Shown here: piece by piece, positions 31,353 to 42,443 of the stretch | Layout: each line of letters opens with the position of its first letter | How positions within the stretch are numbered: the first letter of the stretch is position 1 | Origin: an uncultured bacterium | GTDB lineage: Bacteria > Zhuqueibacterota > QNDG01 > DTFT01 | DNA: 64,000 nt | Assembly (NCBI GenBank): GCA_963736115.1 | Contig: CAVTNR010000028.1 | Location: forward strand, 32,001 to 96,000 | Reading direction: 5' to 3' | The notes under the pieces: model-generated | Databases searched by the model: none | The model's input: the letters and a program-made list of their open reading frames with translations, nothing else | Told to the model about the DNA's origin: nothing | Made by a program: the position numbers and the translations under genes

Positions 31353-32299
31353 GCCGGCACCTCCTCTTCCCGGGTGGTCAGGTGGAGAAAAACCTCCTCC
31401 AGGCTCATGCCCACGGGACGCATCTCCAGAAGACCCCACCCCTGTCCGACCACCAGCGCGGCGAGATCCCGCCGGACGTCCCTGCCGATTTCCGTCTCGA
31501 TCAGGTATCCGCTCCGGCGGCTCTTCTCCGTTTTCCGCAGCGAAACGGCCGTGACGCCGCCAAGGGCGCGGACCTTCGCTTCGACCGACTCCTCAGGCCC
31601 CTCCACTTCCACGTAGATGTTGTCGGAACCCCGGAGGCGCCGCGTGAGGTTCTCCGTGGTGTCCGAGGCGACAATGTGGCCCTCGTTGATGATGATCACC
31701 CGGCCGCAGGTCATGCTGACCTCGGGCAGGATGTGCGTGGAGAGGATGATGGTGTGATCCCCGCCGAGCCCCTTGATCAGCTCCCGGACCTCGATGATCT
31801 GCTTGGGATCCAGGCCCACGGTGGGCTCATCCAGGATGAGCACTTCCGGGTTGTGAATCAACGCCTGGGCGATGCCCACCCGCTGGCGGTATCCCTTGGA
31901 CAGGTGCTTGATGATGCGTCCCGCCTCGGTCCGGATGGAGGTTTTCTCCATGACCTCAGGTACCCGGGTTTTCAGCAGGCGCCGATCCATCCCCTTGATG
32001 CCGCCGACGAACTCCAGGTACTTCTCGACGGTCATCTCAGAGTACAGGGGCGGATTCTCCGGAAGGTACCCGATGCGGCGGCGGACCTCCATCGACTGTT
32101 CGAACACGTCAAAGCCCGCGATGGAAGCCCGTCCGCTCGTGGCGGGCATGTAGCACGTCAGAATCCGCATGGTGGTCGTTTTGCCCGCGGCGTTGGGCCC
32201 GAGAAAACCCAGGATTTCGCCCCGGTCCACGGAGAAGGTGATATCCTGCACCGCGGTTTTGGTTCCGTAGACCTTCGTCAGATGGCGGATGTCAATCAA
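31349..32299 (-). CDS. ABC ATP-binding protein (GldA-like)
   Basis: GPNAAGKTT, LSKGYRQR, ILDEPT. Confidence 0.92.
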   Translation of the reverse strand: MIDIRHLTKVYGTKTAVQDITFSVDRGEILGFLGPNAAGKTTTMRILTCYMPATSGRASIAGFDVFEQSMEVRRRIGYLPENPPLYSEMTVEKYLEFVGGIKGMDRRLLKTRVPEVMEKTSIRTEAGRIIKHLSKGYRQRVGIAQALIHNPEVLILDEPTVGLDPKQIIEVRELIKGLGGDHTIILSTHILPEVSMTCGRVIIINEGHIVASDTTENLTRRLRGSDNIYVEVEGPEESVEAKVRALGGVTAVSLRKTEKSRRSGYLIETEIGRDVRRDLAALVVGQGWGLLEMRPVGMSLEEVFLHLTTREEEVPA

Positions 32300-32320
32300 G
32301 GCCGGCTCTCCTTCCCGGAT

Positions 32321-32590
32321 CTACCTGCGGATGCCGAGCTTCTGGATCAGGGACCGATAGCCTTCCAGATCTTCCCGGATGAGGTAATCGAGAAGTTTGC
32401 GGCGCTTGCCGACCATCTTCAGAAGTCCGAGCCGGGACAGATGGTCCTTGGGATTGGTTTGGAAATGCCCGGTGAGCTGGTTGATGCGTTCGGTCAGCAG
32501 GGCGATCTGGACGGCCGTGGTTCCGGTGTCTTTCTCGCTTTTGCCGTACGTTTTGATGAGTTCTTCCCTTTTTTCCTTGGTCAGTGGCAT
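32321..32590 (-). CDS. rpsO: 30S ribosomal protein S15
   Basis: [31 protein letters not shown]. Confidence 0.98.
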   Translation of the reverse strand: MPLTKEKREELIKTYGKSEKDTGTTAVQIALLTERINQLTGHFQTNPKDHLSRLGLLKMVGKRRKLLDYLIREDLEGYRSLIQKLGIRR

Positions 32591-32591
32591 G

Positions 32592-33528
32592 TCATCCTCC
32601 TTGCCGGTTCAACATTTGACGCGCGGCGTCCCGGTCTCTTCCCATCTGGCCAATCATGGTCCGGACCGAGTCGAATCGGATCTCGTCGCGCAGTTTTCGA
32701 AAAAAGTCAATGCGTACGGTTTCGCCGTACAGATCCCCCTCAAATTCCATCAGATGAGCCTCGATGGTCCGGTCGCCGCCGCCCACCGTCGGGTGGTTGC
32801 CGACGGCTACGACCGCCGGATGCCTGTCGTTTCCGATCCGGACGAAGGCCGCGTACACGCCGTCGCCCGGGACCAGTTTGTCCGTCCGCCCGGGGCGGAC
32901 ATTGGCCGTGGGAAAACCGAAACCCCGTCCAAGCCCCTTTCCGGGAACCACGCGGCCGACAACCGTATAGGTCCGCTCCAGGAGAACGGCCGCCTCCTCA
33001 ACCCGTCCCTGTTCCAGCAGAGCCCGGATGCGGGTGCTGGAAACCGGCGCTCCGTCCAGAATCACGGGCGGCTCGACGCGAACGGCGAACCCCTTCTCCT
33101 GACCGAGCCGCGACAGCAGCGCCCCGTCCCCCGAGCGCCCGCGCCCGAATGCATGATTGTAGCCGGCGATCAGGCCGGCCACCCGCACATCAGGGATCAG
33201 GACCTCCCGGATGAAATCCTCAGGCGTCCGGCGCGCAAGTTCAGCGGTGAACGGCAGAACCGCCGCTTCATCCACGCCTTCCAGTTCCAGCCGCTCGATT
33301 TTCTCCTCACCCGGGGTCAGCAGGCCGACCGGGACGCCGGGATCGAGGACAGTCTTCGGATGGGGGTCGAAGGTCACGACCAGACTCACCGCGCCCTCCT
33401 GCCGTGCCGCTTGGGTCAGACTCTCGGAGGATGGCACGATGGCCGGAATGAACCCCGTCAAAAATGCCCAGGGTGACCCAGTGCCGGGCGCCTGAATCGG
33501 ACGCCGGAAGTCGGTCCCGGGTCTTCAT
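32592..33528 (-). CDS. ribF: Riboflavin kinase/FAD synthetase (frameshift near 33430)
   Basis: [10 protein letters not shown] in one frame; [23 protein letters not shown] in the next. Confidence 0.92.
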
Positions 33529-34556
33529 CCCGGCCGGGGACGCGCCGCAGGCCCTTCGCCGGCGCCGGACGGACGGAACAGCGGCCCGAGGACTTCCAGA
33601 ATCCGGCTTTTGACTTCATTTTCCTCGCCCCGGATCATGCATCCGGAAGCCCGCATGTGTCCGCCGCCGCCGAACTGCTTGGCGACTTCGTTCACGTCCA
33701 CGTACGACTTCGAGCGGAAGCTGACCTTGAAGAGACCGGGCTGCAGCTTGAGCATGAAGAATTCGACCTCGGTTCCTTCGACCGTGAGCAGGTGGTCGAT
33801 GAAACCCTCCGTATCCGGTCGTTCCGGTGATTCGCTGGAATGGTGATTGAGGTGGATCGAGGCGACGGCTCCGTTGAAGTGGAATTCCAGGGTCGAGAGC
33901 GCCGAGGAGAGCGCCTTCAGGGTTTCGGGGGAATTCCGGAAGTAAATCCGTTCGGCGATGCGCCCGGGATCCGCGCCCTTCCGAACCATATCCGAACAGA
34001 TCTCCAGGGACCGGTGCGTGATGTTCGGAAAGAGAAAGCGCCCGGTGTCGCAGACGATTCCCGTGTACACCAGCGTGGCGATTTCAGGCGTCACAGGAAG
34101 ACCGCACACGGCGGCGAGATAATAGACCAGTTCCACTGTGCTGCTTTCCTCGGCGTCGCAGATCCGGGCGTCCCCGAGGCACTCGCTCTCCGGATGGTGG
34201 TCGATATGAATGACGGCCGACTCGGGACGGATGAAACCGCTCACCCGTCCGATCCGCTGGAGGGTGGACGCGTCCAACACGGCGATCACGTCCGGTTCGA
34301 ACGCGGGCTTGAACCCATCGAAGGTCCGGACCGATCCGATCCCCGGCAGGAAATCGAATTTGCGGGGCACGGCGTCGTCGATCACAATGCAGTGTGTCTT
34401 GTTGTACCGCTGGAGAATGGCGGAAAAAAGGAGTACCGAAGCGATCGAATCGCCGTCCGGATGGATATGGGTGGTGACCCAGAAGCGGTCGCGCCGTTCG
34501 ATGAGAGTTTTGATGTCTCCGAGCTGGTCCCGGTGGGTGTCGATCTTATTCCGCAT
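33525..34556 (-). CDS. DHH/DHHA1 phosphoesterase (NrnA-like)
   Basis: HIHPDGDSIAS, IDHH, GIVCDTG.F, FGGGGH..ASG; as assembled it is in frame with rbfA. Confidence 0.9.
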   Translation of the reverse strand: MRNKIDTHRDQLGDIKTLIERRDRFWVTTHIHPDGDSIASVLLFSAILQRYNKTHCIVIDDAVPRKFDFLPGIGSVRTFDGFKPAFEPDVIAVLDASTLQRIGRVSGFIRPESAVIHIDHHPESECLGDARICDAEESSTVELVYYLAAVCGLPVTPEIATLVYTGIVCDTGRFLFPNITHRSLEICSDMVRKGADPGRIAERIYFRNSPETLKALSSALSTLEFHFNGAVASIHLNHHSSESPERPDTEGFIDHLLTVEGTEVEFFMLKLQPGLFKVSFRSKSYVDVNEVAKQFGGGGHMRASGCMIRGEENEVKSRILEVLGPLFRPSGAGEGPAARPRPG

Positions 34557-34943
34557 GGTTGGAAATCGTTGTTTCCCCGTTTTTTCCGTTTCTTCCTTTT
34601 TGAGCCTCTCGAGCAGGGCGTCGATCCGCGCGCCGTATTCGTTGCTTTCGTCCAGCACGAACCGCAGGACGGGCATGTACCGCAGGCGGATCCTATCGCC
34701 CAGGAGGTTCTGTACGGCGGGCCGGGCGCGGTCGAGCGCGGCCAGCGCTTCCCGCTTCCGATCCGCGTCTCCCATCACGCTGACGAATACGCGCGCGGTC
34801 CGGATGTCCTTCGAAACCTCGGCCCCGGTCAGGGTCACGAATCCGATGCCCGGATCCCGGAGTTCGGTCTGAAGAATGCCGCTGATCTCCCGGACCAGCA
34901 GGTCGGCGATCTTCTGGCAGCGGATGGATGGGGATTCGGGCAT
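34546..34943 (-). CDS. rbfA: Ribosome-binding factor A
   Basis: LRDPGIGFVT..VSKD..ARVFVS, LRYMPVLRFVLDES; end inferred. Confidence 0.92.
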
Positions 34944-34952
34944 CTCCGCCTC

Positions 34953-35234
34953 CTACCAGACTTCGACACGGCGGTCCACCACTTCGACCCGGGTCTCCGC
35001 GTCCGACGCGTTCATCAGCCGCTCGAAAAGCGAATCGATCCCTTCCGCTCAGCCGACACGCAGGCGAAGGCCAGGACGGAGTGCTGCCATTTTTCCTGAT
35101 AATCCACTTCGGCCACCGAAACGTTGAATCCACTGCGGATTTTCTCTTCAGACTATGCAGAACGAACCGCTTGTCTTTCAGCGAGAAGGCCCCGGGAAGG
35201 AGCAGTCTCGACCTGCAGGGTCCCGAGTCATCAT
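34953..35234 (-). CDS. DUF503/YlxP protein (frameshifted)
   Basis: LPGAFSLKDKRFVL and FNVSVAEVDYQEKWQ segments in different frames; syntenic between infB and rbfA. Confidence 0.75.
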
Positions 35235-37853
35235 GCGCCGAGGGTCCGCGCCGTTTCCACGACCTGGATCGCCTCAAGTGTGTCGCCGACCTCGAGCGCC
35301 TCGTAATTCTCAAGCGTGAGCCGCATCTCGAATCCGCCGCCACTTCACGGACATCGTCCTTGAAACGCTTGAGGGAGGAGATGCGCGCGGTCTGAACCAG
35401 TCTGCCGTCCCGCTTGATCCGGACCGTGTTGTTCCGGGCGATTTTCCCTGAAATCACGAAGCATCCGGCGATCGAGGCCGATCTTGGAAGCCTTGAAAAT
35501 GTTCCTGACCTCGAGAGCGCCGATCACTTCCTCCCGTTTCTCGGGCTCCAGCATGCCTTCGAGGGCCAGCTTGATGTCGTTGACCAGGTCGTAGATGATC
35601 GAATACAGGCGGCATATCCACGTCCTCCTTGGCGGCCAGATCCGGGCCTTGGACGTCGGCTCGACATGGAATCCGAGGACCACCGCCTGTGAAGCCTCGG
35701 CCAGCAGCACGTCGGATTCGGTGATTGCGCCGACGCCGCGGTGGATGATGCGGACGCCGACGCTTTCGTGCTTGATCTCCATCAGGGTGTCGGCGATGGC
35801 CTCAAGGGATCCGTCCACGTCGGCCTTGAGGACGATCATCAGCTCCTTGACCTCCCCGTCCGCGATGCGTTTCGATATCTGGTCGAGCGTCAGCCGGCGG
35901 ACCTGGCGGAGACTCTGCTCCCGCTGGAGCTGCTGCCGCTTGAGCGCGATCTCGCGGGTCTCGGATTCGGAATCGAATACAACGAGCTCGATCGCCGGCC
36001 TGGGGCATGCCCGTGAATCCGAGCACCTGTACCGGGGTCGCCGGAAGGGCCTCGCGGACCGGTCGGTATCGTTCATCGAACATGGCCCGGACGCGCCCGT
36101 TGAACTGCCCGGCGAGGAAAACATCGCCGATCCGGAGCGTGCCTTCTGGACCAGCACGGTGGAAACGACGCCCTTGCCCCGGTCCAGCCGACGCCTCGAC
36201 GACCACGGCCTTCGGCTTGGCCTCGGGATTCGCCTTCAGTTCCAGGACCTCCGCCTCGAGCAGGATGAGGTCCAGCAGGCGCTCAATGCCCTGTCCGGTC
36301 TTGGCGGAGATTTCGGCGCACTGAGCCTTGCCGCCCCATTGTTCCACCAAAACGTTCGTGTTCCGACAGCTGCTTCCGGATCATGTCCGGATTCGCCTGG
36401 GGACGGTCGATTTTATTGATGGCCACCACGATGGGGACGCCGGCCGCTTTCGCGTGGTTGATGGCCTCGATGGTCTGCGGCATGACGCTGTCGTCCGCTG
36501 CGACGACCAGGACCACGATATCGGTGATCTGGGCGCCCCTCGCGCGCATGGCCGTGAAGGCTTCGTGACCCGGCGTGTCCAGAAACGTGATTTTCCGGCC
36601 CCGGAACTCGACCTCGTACGCGCCGATGTGCTGGGTGATGCCGCCCGACTCACCGGCGATGATGTTGCTCTCCCGGATATGGTCCAGAAGCGAGGTTTTG
36701 CCGTGGTCGACGTGTCCCATGATGGTCACCACCGGAGAACGCGGCTTCAGCAAGCTGGGATCGGCCTGCTCGGGCGTCTCGTCCTCCCGGTTTTCCACGA
36801 CGTCCTCGCCGAAAGCCGAAAGGAACTTGACCTCGTAGTCGAATTCGTCGGCCAGCATGATGATCGTATCCCGGTCCAGCCGCTGGTTGATCGAAACCAT
36901 GAGCCCCAGCGAAAGGCAGGCCTTGATCACTTCGCTCGATTCAATGTCCATCAGGTTGGCGAGTTCCGCGACCGAGGCGAACTCCGTCGTCTGGATGACG
37001 TTCACCTCCGAAGTTTCGGCCTCCTCCCCGGTCTCCTTCTCCTTGCGGTGCTTCCGCCGGCGGGAGGTATCGCCCATTTTGGCGAGTGTCTCGCGGATCG
37101 AAGCTTCGATCGCCTTCTCGTCGATGGGCGTGCCGGCCTTCTTGCGTTTTTTCTTCTTCTTCCGGTGGCCCGTGCCGAATTGGGCCGCGGGGACCGCCGG
37201 GCCGTCTTTGCGGCCCTTGCGCGCCTTGGCATCGTCGTCGGCGAGAATGATGCGCGGCCCGCCTCCGGCTTCCTCTTCGGCCGTGGGACGGCGTTTCAGA
37301 TGGCGTTTCGGCTTTCCGGCGCCGGTCTTGGGCTTCTCCTTCGCTCCGGGTTCCGGTTTAAGCTGAATCACGGGCAGCGGAATCCGCGCGGGGGCAGGAG
37401 CGGCCGCTTCCGGACCGGCGGGCTGAACAGCGGCCTCTTCAGCGGCTGTCTTCCGGCCGGCGGGAACGACTGTTTCAGCCTTGCGCCGATCGGCTTTGGC
37501 GGGCTTCTTCTCGGGTTCGGCGATGACCGGAAGATCGCCCTTCGAATATTCGAGAATTTCGTCGATTTCCTGCCGGATCGCCTGTTTCCGGGCTTCTTCC
37601 TCTTCTTCTTATCCTGTATCTTTTTCCGGAAATCAGGCTCTTTCGCGGTCTCCGTTTCCTCTTTTTCCTTCTGAAAATGACCGGTGAGCAGGGAGACCTG
37701 CTCGTCGGTGAGGGGCGCCATAATATTCCGCACCTTGAACTTGTGCAATTCAAGGAATTCGGTCACCGCCTCGTTGGAGATATTGAATTCCTTGGCGACC
37801 TGGTAGATGCGTTTTTTCTTGGACAAATCCGGCTGTTTTTCAGTTTCTTTCAA
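35231..37853 (-). CDS. infB: Translation initiation factor IF-2 (multiple frameshifts)
   Basis: RIYQVAKE N-terminus, [39 protein letters not shown] spread across several frames. Confidence 0.95.
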
Positions 37854-39250
37854 CGGGCGTCTCCGGCAGGTTTGGATTCCTCTTCCGGCTGGGGTTCCGC
37901 GGCCGGTTCCGGTCCGGTTTCCCCGGATTCCGTCTCGATCGCGGCCTGCTCCGGCCGACCGGCTTCCGGACCCGGTTCGGTTTCAGGTCCGATTCCCTTG
38001 TCCTTCAGCGGTTCATCCTCGTAATAGGAGGTCAGCACCTCGAAAATGCGGTCCGCTGTTTTGTCGCCGAATCCCTTCAGTTCCAGAATCGTCTCGCGTC
38101 CCGCATCGAGCACTTCCTCCGCGGATTCGAATCCGGCCGCGGCGAGCTTCTCGACGATGGTCTTGGTCAGTTCCGGGATGTCGGAGAGCAGGAGCTTCTC
38201 TTCCTTCGGCTGACTCTTGTCCCAGTCGGACTGCTTGACTGTTTCAACCGCATATCCCGTGAGCATGCAGGCCAGCTGGCGGTTCTGGCCCCCTTTTCCG
38301 ATGGCGAGTGAAATCTGATCATCGGAGATCACCGCCGTGGCGCTTTTCTGTTCATTGTTGAGGAGGATGCGGACGGGTTTCGCGGGCGAAAGGGCGCGGC
38401 TGATAAAAATCTCCGGTTCGCTGCTCCAGTTGATGACGTCGATCTTCTCGTTGTTCAGTTCCTTGACGATGGACTGGATGCGGACGCCCTTGAGGCCCAC
38501 ACAGGCGCCGACGGCATCAATCCGCTTGTCGTTGGAATAAACCGCGACTTTCGCCCGATCTCCGGGAAACCGCGCGACGCCCTTGATTTCGATCACGCCG
38601 TCGTAGATCTCCGGCACTTCCAGCTCGAAGAGCCGGATGAGGAACTTGGAATCGGTCCGCGAGACGATCACTTCGGGGCCGCGCGAGGTCTGGCTGACCT
38701 CCTTGATGACGGCCCGAACCGTGTCGCCCCGGTGATAATGTTCGTTGTGGATCTGCTCGGACCGGGGCAGCGTGACTTCCATGTGGTCCACGGAGATCAG
38801 CACTTCGTCGCGGTTGTTCTGGCGGATGTCGCCGACCACCACCTCGCCCACGCGGTCCTTGAACTCGTTGAACAGCACTTCCTTTTCGGCTTCCCGGATC
38901 TTCTGCGTCAGGCTCTGCTTGGCCGACGTGATCAGGCGCCGGCCGAAGCTCATGGGATCGATCATCTCGGCGAACTCGTCTCCCAGGTCCAGGTCGGGCT
39001 CAATCTCCTTCGCCCGCTCCACGCCGATCTGCGTGACCGGATCGGTAACCTCTTCGACGATGTTCTTGACCTGGTAGATTTCGACTTCGCCTTTGTCCAT
39101 ATTGACGAAGACATTGAAATTGTCGGAAGTGCCGAATTTCCGCTTGATCATCGAAACGAAGATGGATTCGATGATGCCGCTGAGGGCCTCCCGTTTAATG
39201 TTCCGTTCCTTCGCGATCTGGGTTACGGCTTCAATGATTTCCGTGTTCAT
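37850..39250 (-). CDS. nusA: Transcription termination factor NusA
   Basis: FGR..AKQ, LFELEVPEI, GACVG..G.RI, LAIGKGGQN. Confidence 0.97.
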   Translation of the reverse strand: MNTEIIEAVTQIAKERNIKREALSGIIESIFVSMIKRKFGTSDNFNVFVNMDKGEVEIYQVKNIVEEVTDPVTQIGVERAKEIEPDLDLGDEFAEMIDPMSFGRRLITSAKQSLTQKIREAEKEVLFNEFKDRVGEVVVGDIRQNNRDEVLISVDHMEVTLPRSEQIHNEHYHRGDTVRAVIKEVSQTSRGPEVIVSRTDSKFLIRLFELEVPEIYDGVIEIKGVARFPGDRAKVAVYSNDKRIDAVGACVGLKGVRIQSIVKELNNEKIDVINWSSEPEIFISRALSPAKPVRILLNNEQKSATAVISDDQISLAIGKGGQNRQLACMLTGYAVETVKQSDWDKSQPKEEKLLLSDIPELTKTIVEKLAAAGFESAEEVLDAGRETILELKGFGDKTADRIFEVLTSYYEDEPLKDKGIGPETEPGPEAGRPEQAAIETESGETGPEPAAEPQPEEESKPAGDAR

Positions 39251-39266
39251 GGAAGAAGACTCCTGT

Positions 39267-39731
39267 TCACCATTGCACCGCACGGCGGGCGCGGGACACC
39301 GCCGTCAGTGGAATGCGGACCGTTTGTCCGTCGATTTCAATTTCCACGGCGCCGTCAACCGCGGTACGGACGATTCCCTCGTCCCGGCGCGGAACGCCAT
39401 CCCGTGTCCATTCGATCCGGATCTTCCGGCCGGTCTGCAGGCGGAAATCCTTCTCCGTTTTTAAAGGCCGGTCCAGGCCGGGCGAGGACACCTCGATGCG
39501 CCAATCCTGGGCTTCGGGTCCGGCCAGCTCGATGCGGGACCGCAGGCTGCGGTGAATGACCGCGCAATCCTCGATCGTGATGCCGCCCGGCTTGTCCGCG
39601 ACAACACAGAGAGTCGGCGCGCGTGCGGATCCCCGCAGAGACACATCCAACAGCTCGATACCCGACTGTACGGCCGCGGATTCCGCTTCACGGATCAGGT
39701 CTGGGAGAAGTTCCGGTTTCATGGACTCCAT
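39267..39731 (-). CDS. rimP: Ribosome maturation factor RimP
   Basis: GGITIEDC, IEVSSPGLDRPL. Confidence 0.93.
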   Translation of the reverse strand: MESMKPELLPDLIREAESAAVQSGIELLDVSLRGSARAPTLCVVADKPGGITIEDCAVIHRSLRSRIELAGPEAQDWRIEVSSPGLDRPLKTEKDFRLQTGRKIRIEWTRDGVPRRDEGIVRTAVDGAVEIEIDGQTVRIPLTAVSRARRAVQW

Positions 39732-39797
39732 TAAAAAAAGTGGGTTTGAGACCCACTTTTCAGCATTCAATATAGTTAAATGTTTTAAAAAATGCAA
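39732..39797 (-). promoter_or_regulatory. rimP operon promoter plus leader hairpin/attenuator
   Basis: TTGCAT-17-TATATT (39797-39769); AAAAGTGGGT-CTCAA-ACCCACTTTTTTT hairpin, typical of rimP leaders. Confidence 0.7.
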
Positions 39798-39839
39798 GAA
39801 AAAGATGGGTTTAAACGGGGGCGCGCCGCCTTCCGCCCG

Positions 39840-40508
39840 TTACATCGACAGCTTCATCCATTCCGTTTCCTGGGCCACCTGGCTTTCCGGAAACTTTTTT
39901 TCAATGGTTTCCAGGACGGCGCGTGCGGATTTCAGGTCTCCGGCCGCCAAATGGCACCGGGCCGCTTCCTTCAGGTAAAACGGCACGGCAAAGAGGTCGG
40001 CATTTTTTTCCGCCGCCTGAACGTAGAGCCGGGCCGCATCCGGCCAGCGCTTTTCAGATTCTGCGATCGCGGCCCGTCCGGCCAGGCTCGATGCGCGGAA
40101 AACGGGATTCTTGCAGTGCTTGTCCGTTACCAACGCGAAACGCCCGTCCGCCTCCTTTAGGTCGCCGGATTCAAAAAGCGCATTGCCTGCGTAAAACGCC
40201 GCTTCTCCCGCGGCCCGTGTGCCCTCGAATTTCTTCGTGACATCGTCCATCTTCCGGATGAGGCTTCCGGGGTCGTTCATGTATAAAGACTGAAGCGCGT
40301 CTCCCAGGGCGGACTGCGCCTTGATTTCCTCGATCCGCCGGCTTCTGGCCATGAGCACGCCGATCACGGCCAGCGCCAGAACCGCGATCAGGACGGCGTT
40401 CACCGTTCGGCTGTTGTGGTCGTACAATTGTCTGGCCTGAAAATACCGGGTGACCAGTACGTCTTCCTTGATTTCCTTCTTGTGCAGCTTTTTCTTCGGT
40501 CTCAGCAT
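39840..40508 (-). CDS. Membrane-anchored TPR protein (YfgM-like)
   Basis: KKEIKED N-terminus, single TM, TPR helices. Confidence 0.75.
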   Translation of the reverse strand: MLRPKKKLHKKEIKEDVLVTRYFQARQLYDHNSRTVNAVLIAVLALAVIGVLMARSRRIEEIKAQSALGDALQSLYMNDPGSLIRKMDDVTKKFEGTRAAGEAAFYAGNALFESGDLKEADGRFALVTDKHCKNPVFRASSLAGRAAIAESEKRWPDAARLYVQAAEKNADLFAVPFYLKEAARCHLAAGDLKSARAVLETIEKKFPESQVAQETEWMKLSM

Positions 40509-40538
40509 GAATCCGTGCTCCAGTTGAGGGGGGTGCGC

Positions 40539-40919
40539 CTATTCGGTGCTGTAGGAACCCTCCAGAACATCCTTGACGATTTTGGAAAGCGTGATCTGAA
40601 GGTCCGCGGGTTTGGTGAAAAACGGGTATCCATGTGCTTTCTGCTGTTCGAGTATTTCGGCTTCATCGGCATATCCGGTCATCAGAATGATTTTCTGTTC
40701 CGGATTTCTTTTCCGGAGCGCGTTCGCCAATTCGAATCCGTTCATTTTCGGCATCTTAATGTCGCTGATCACCAGGTCCGGCTTGAACCGTTCCCATATG
40801 TCCAGAGCCTCTTCGCCGTTGAATGCGATCCGGACCTCGTATCCCTGCCGGTCGAGAAAGCGCGTATAGACCCGGGCGATGGTATCCACATCATCAACGA
40901 CCAGTATCTTTGCCTTCAT
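40539..40919 (-). CDS. Single-domain response regulator
   Basis: ILVVDD, SDIKMPKMNG, MTG, KP. Confidence 0.9.
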   Translation of the reverse strand: MKAKILVVDDVDTIARVYTRFLDRQGYEVRIAFNGEEALDIWERFKPDLVISDIKMPKMNGFELANALRKRNPEQKIILMTGYADEAEILEQQKAHGYPFFTKPADLQITLSKIVKDVLEGSYSTE

Positions 40920-40977
40920 GCCAACCCCCTGTAACAGGTTCGATGGTCCCTCGAAGGATCGATTCCCTCTGACCGAG

Positions 40978-41050
40978 TACCCCAGGCAGGAGTTGAACCT
41001 GCGGCCAACGGTTTAGGAAACCGCTGCTCTATCCTCTGAGCTACTGGGGC
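40978..41050 (-). tRNA. tRNA-Arg (CCT)
   Basis: GCCCCAG/CTGGGGT acceptor, loop TTCCTAA, GGTTCAACTCC. Confidence 0.93.
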
Positions 41051-41065
41051 ATTTTCCATCTTTTC

Positions 41066-41094
41066 AATGTATAAAAATATTTCCGAAAAGGCAA
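41066..41094 (-). promoter_or_regulatory. sigma70-type promoter for tRNA-Arg(CCT)
   Basis: TTGCCT-17-TACATT. Confidence 0.6.
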
Positions 41095-41138
41095 GATTTT
41101 TTTGACGTTGCGTCTGCTCCCGGAACCGAATAAAGCCG

Positions 41139-41167
41139 TTGAATTTAGCGAAATTCTTTCGTACACT
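41139..41167 (+). promoter_or_regulatory. sigma70-type promoter for M20-epmA
   Basis: TTGAAT-17-TACACT. Confidence 0.55.
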
Positions 41168-41204
41168 ACGGCCGTTCTCCCTCGCATCTTTGAAGGAACT
41201 TCCC

Positions 41205-42443
41205 ATGCAGGCTCCCTCCGAATCCGTAACCGAACGAATTGATGCGCTTGAATCGGAATCCGTCTCTCTTCAACGCGTCCTGACCTCCATCCCTGCCGTC
41301 GCCCCGGAATCGGGGGGCGAAGGCGAGGAAATAAAGGCTGAATTCGTCCGAACGGTTCTACGGGCCCTGCCTTGCGACGAACTGATTGAATCGCCCGCGC
41401 CGGACAACCGCGTTCCAGCCGGGATAAGGCCGAATCTCATTGCCACATTCCGCGGCTCCCGGACCGGCCGCACGGTCTGGATTCTCTCGCACCTGGATGT
41501 GGTTCCGCCCGGCGCCCTCGCCCAGTGGGACGGAAATCCATTTCAGCTCTCGGTGCGGGACGGACGCTGTTACGGCCGGGGCGTCGAGGATAATCACCAG
41601 GGCATCGTCTCCTCCCTTCTTTCGGTGCGGGCGCTTCTGGAACTGCGTCTCCAGCCCGTGTCGAACATCGGACTCGTCATCGTCTCGGACGAAGAGCTGG
41701 GTTCGGCCTACGGCCTGGGTCATGTGTTGAAGCGGCATCCCCGGCTTTTCCGGCCCGGAGACTGGATCGTGGTGCCGGACGCCGGGAATGCGGACGGGAC
41801 CATGATCGAGGTGGCCGAAAAATCCATACTCTGGCTCCGCTTCCTCGTCCGGGGACGGCAATGCCACGGATCCGAGCCGAACCGGGGCGTCAACGCCCAC
41901 CGGGCTTCCGCGAACCTGGTCGTCCGCATGGAAGAACTGCACCGGCTGTTCCCTTCCGCCGATCCGGTTTTTGAGCCGCCGATTTCGACTTTCGAGCCGA
42001 CCCGGAAGGAGGAAAACGTTCCGAATATCAACACCATCCCCGGTTCGGACGTGGTGTTCTTCGACTGCCGCATCCTGCCTGAATACGAATTGAAGGAGGT
42101 CAAACGCGTGATCCGGCGGATCACGGACGGAATCGAGCGTGATTTCGGCGTCTCCGTTGAGATCACATTCCCGAATGATGCGCCCGCGCCTCCCGCGACT
42201 CCGGTCGACGCCCCCGTCGTGCTCGCCCTGAGCCGCGCGGTCCGCGAGGTGACGGGCCGGACCGCCCGGCCGACGGGCATCGGCGGAGGGACGGTGGCAT
42301 CCCTTTTCCGGCGGGCGGGCCTTCCGGCCGTCTGCTGGCAGACCATCGAGGATACGGCCCATATGCCGAACGAATCCTGCGTCATCGCCAACATGCTCAC
42401 GGACGCAAAGGTGTTCGCACGCCTCTTTCTCATGACCGAATGA
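41205..42443 (+). CDS. M20 metallopeptidase/amidohydrolase (DapE/ArgE-like)
   Basis: SHLDVVPPG, YGRGVEDN, SDEE, GIGGGT, C-terminal H..NE. Confidence 0.9.
   Translation: MQAPSESVTERIDALESESVSLQRVLTSIPAVAPESGGEGEEIKAEFVRTVLRALPCDELIESPAPDNRVPAGIRPNLIATFRGSRTGRTVWILSHLDVVPPGALAQWDGNPFQLSVRDGRCYGRGVEDNHQGIVSSLLSVRALLELRLQPVSNIGLVIVSDEELGSAYGLGHVLKRHPRLFRPGDWIVVPDAGNADGTMIEVAEKSILWLRFLVRGRQCHGSEPNRGVNAHRASANLVVRMEELHRLFPSADPVFEPPISTFEPTRKEENVPNINTIPGSDVVFFDCRILPEYELKEVKRVIRRITDGIERDFGVSVEITFPNDAPAPPATPVDAPVVLALSRAVREVTGRTARPTGIGGGTVASLFRRAGLPAVCWQTIEDTAHMPNESCVIANMLTDAKVFARLFLMTE

Noticed and set aside
35231-37853. infB (also tilS, ribF, DUF503, PorV-like, C25) as pseudogenes or programmed frameshifts
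   Set aside because: Several are essential genes with intact motifs. The breaks I traced are single-base indels, some in homopolymers, and they cluster in patches, which is typical of long-read or low-coverage assembly error.
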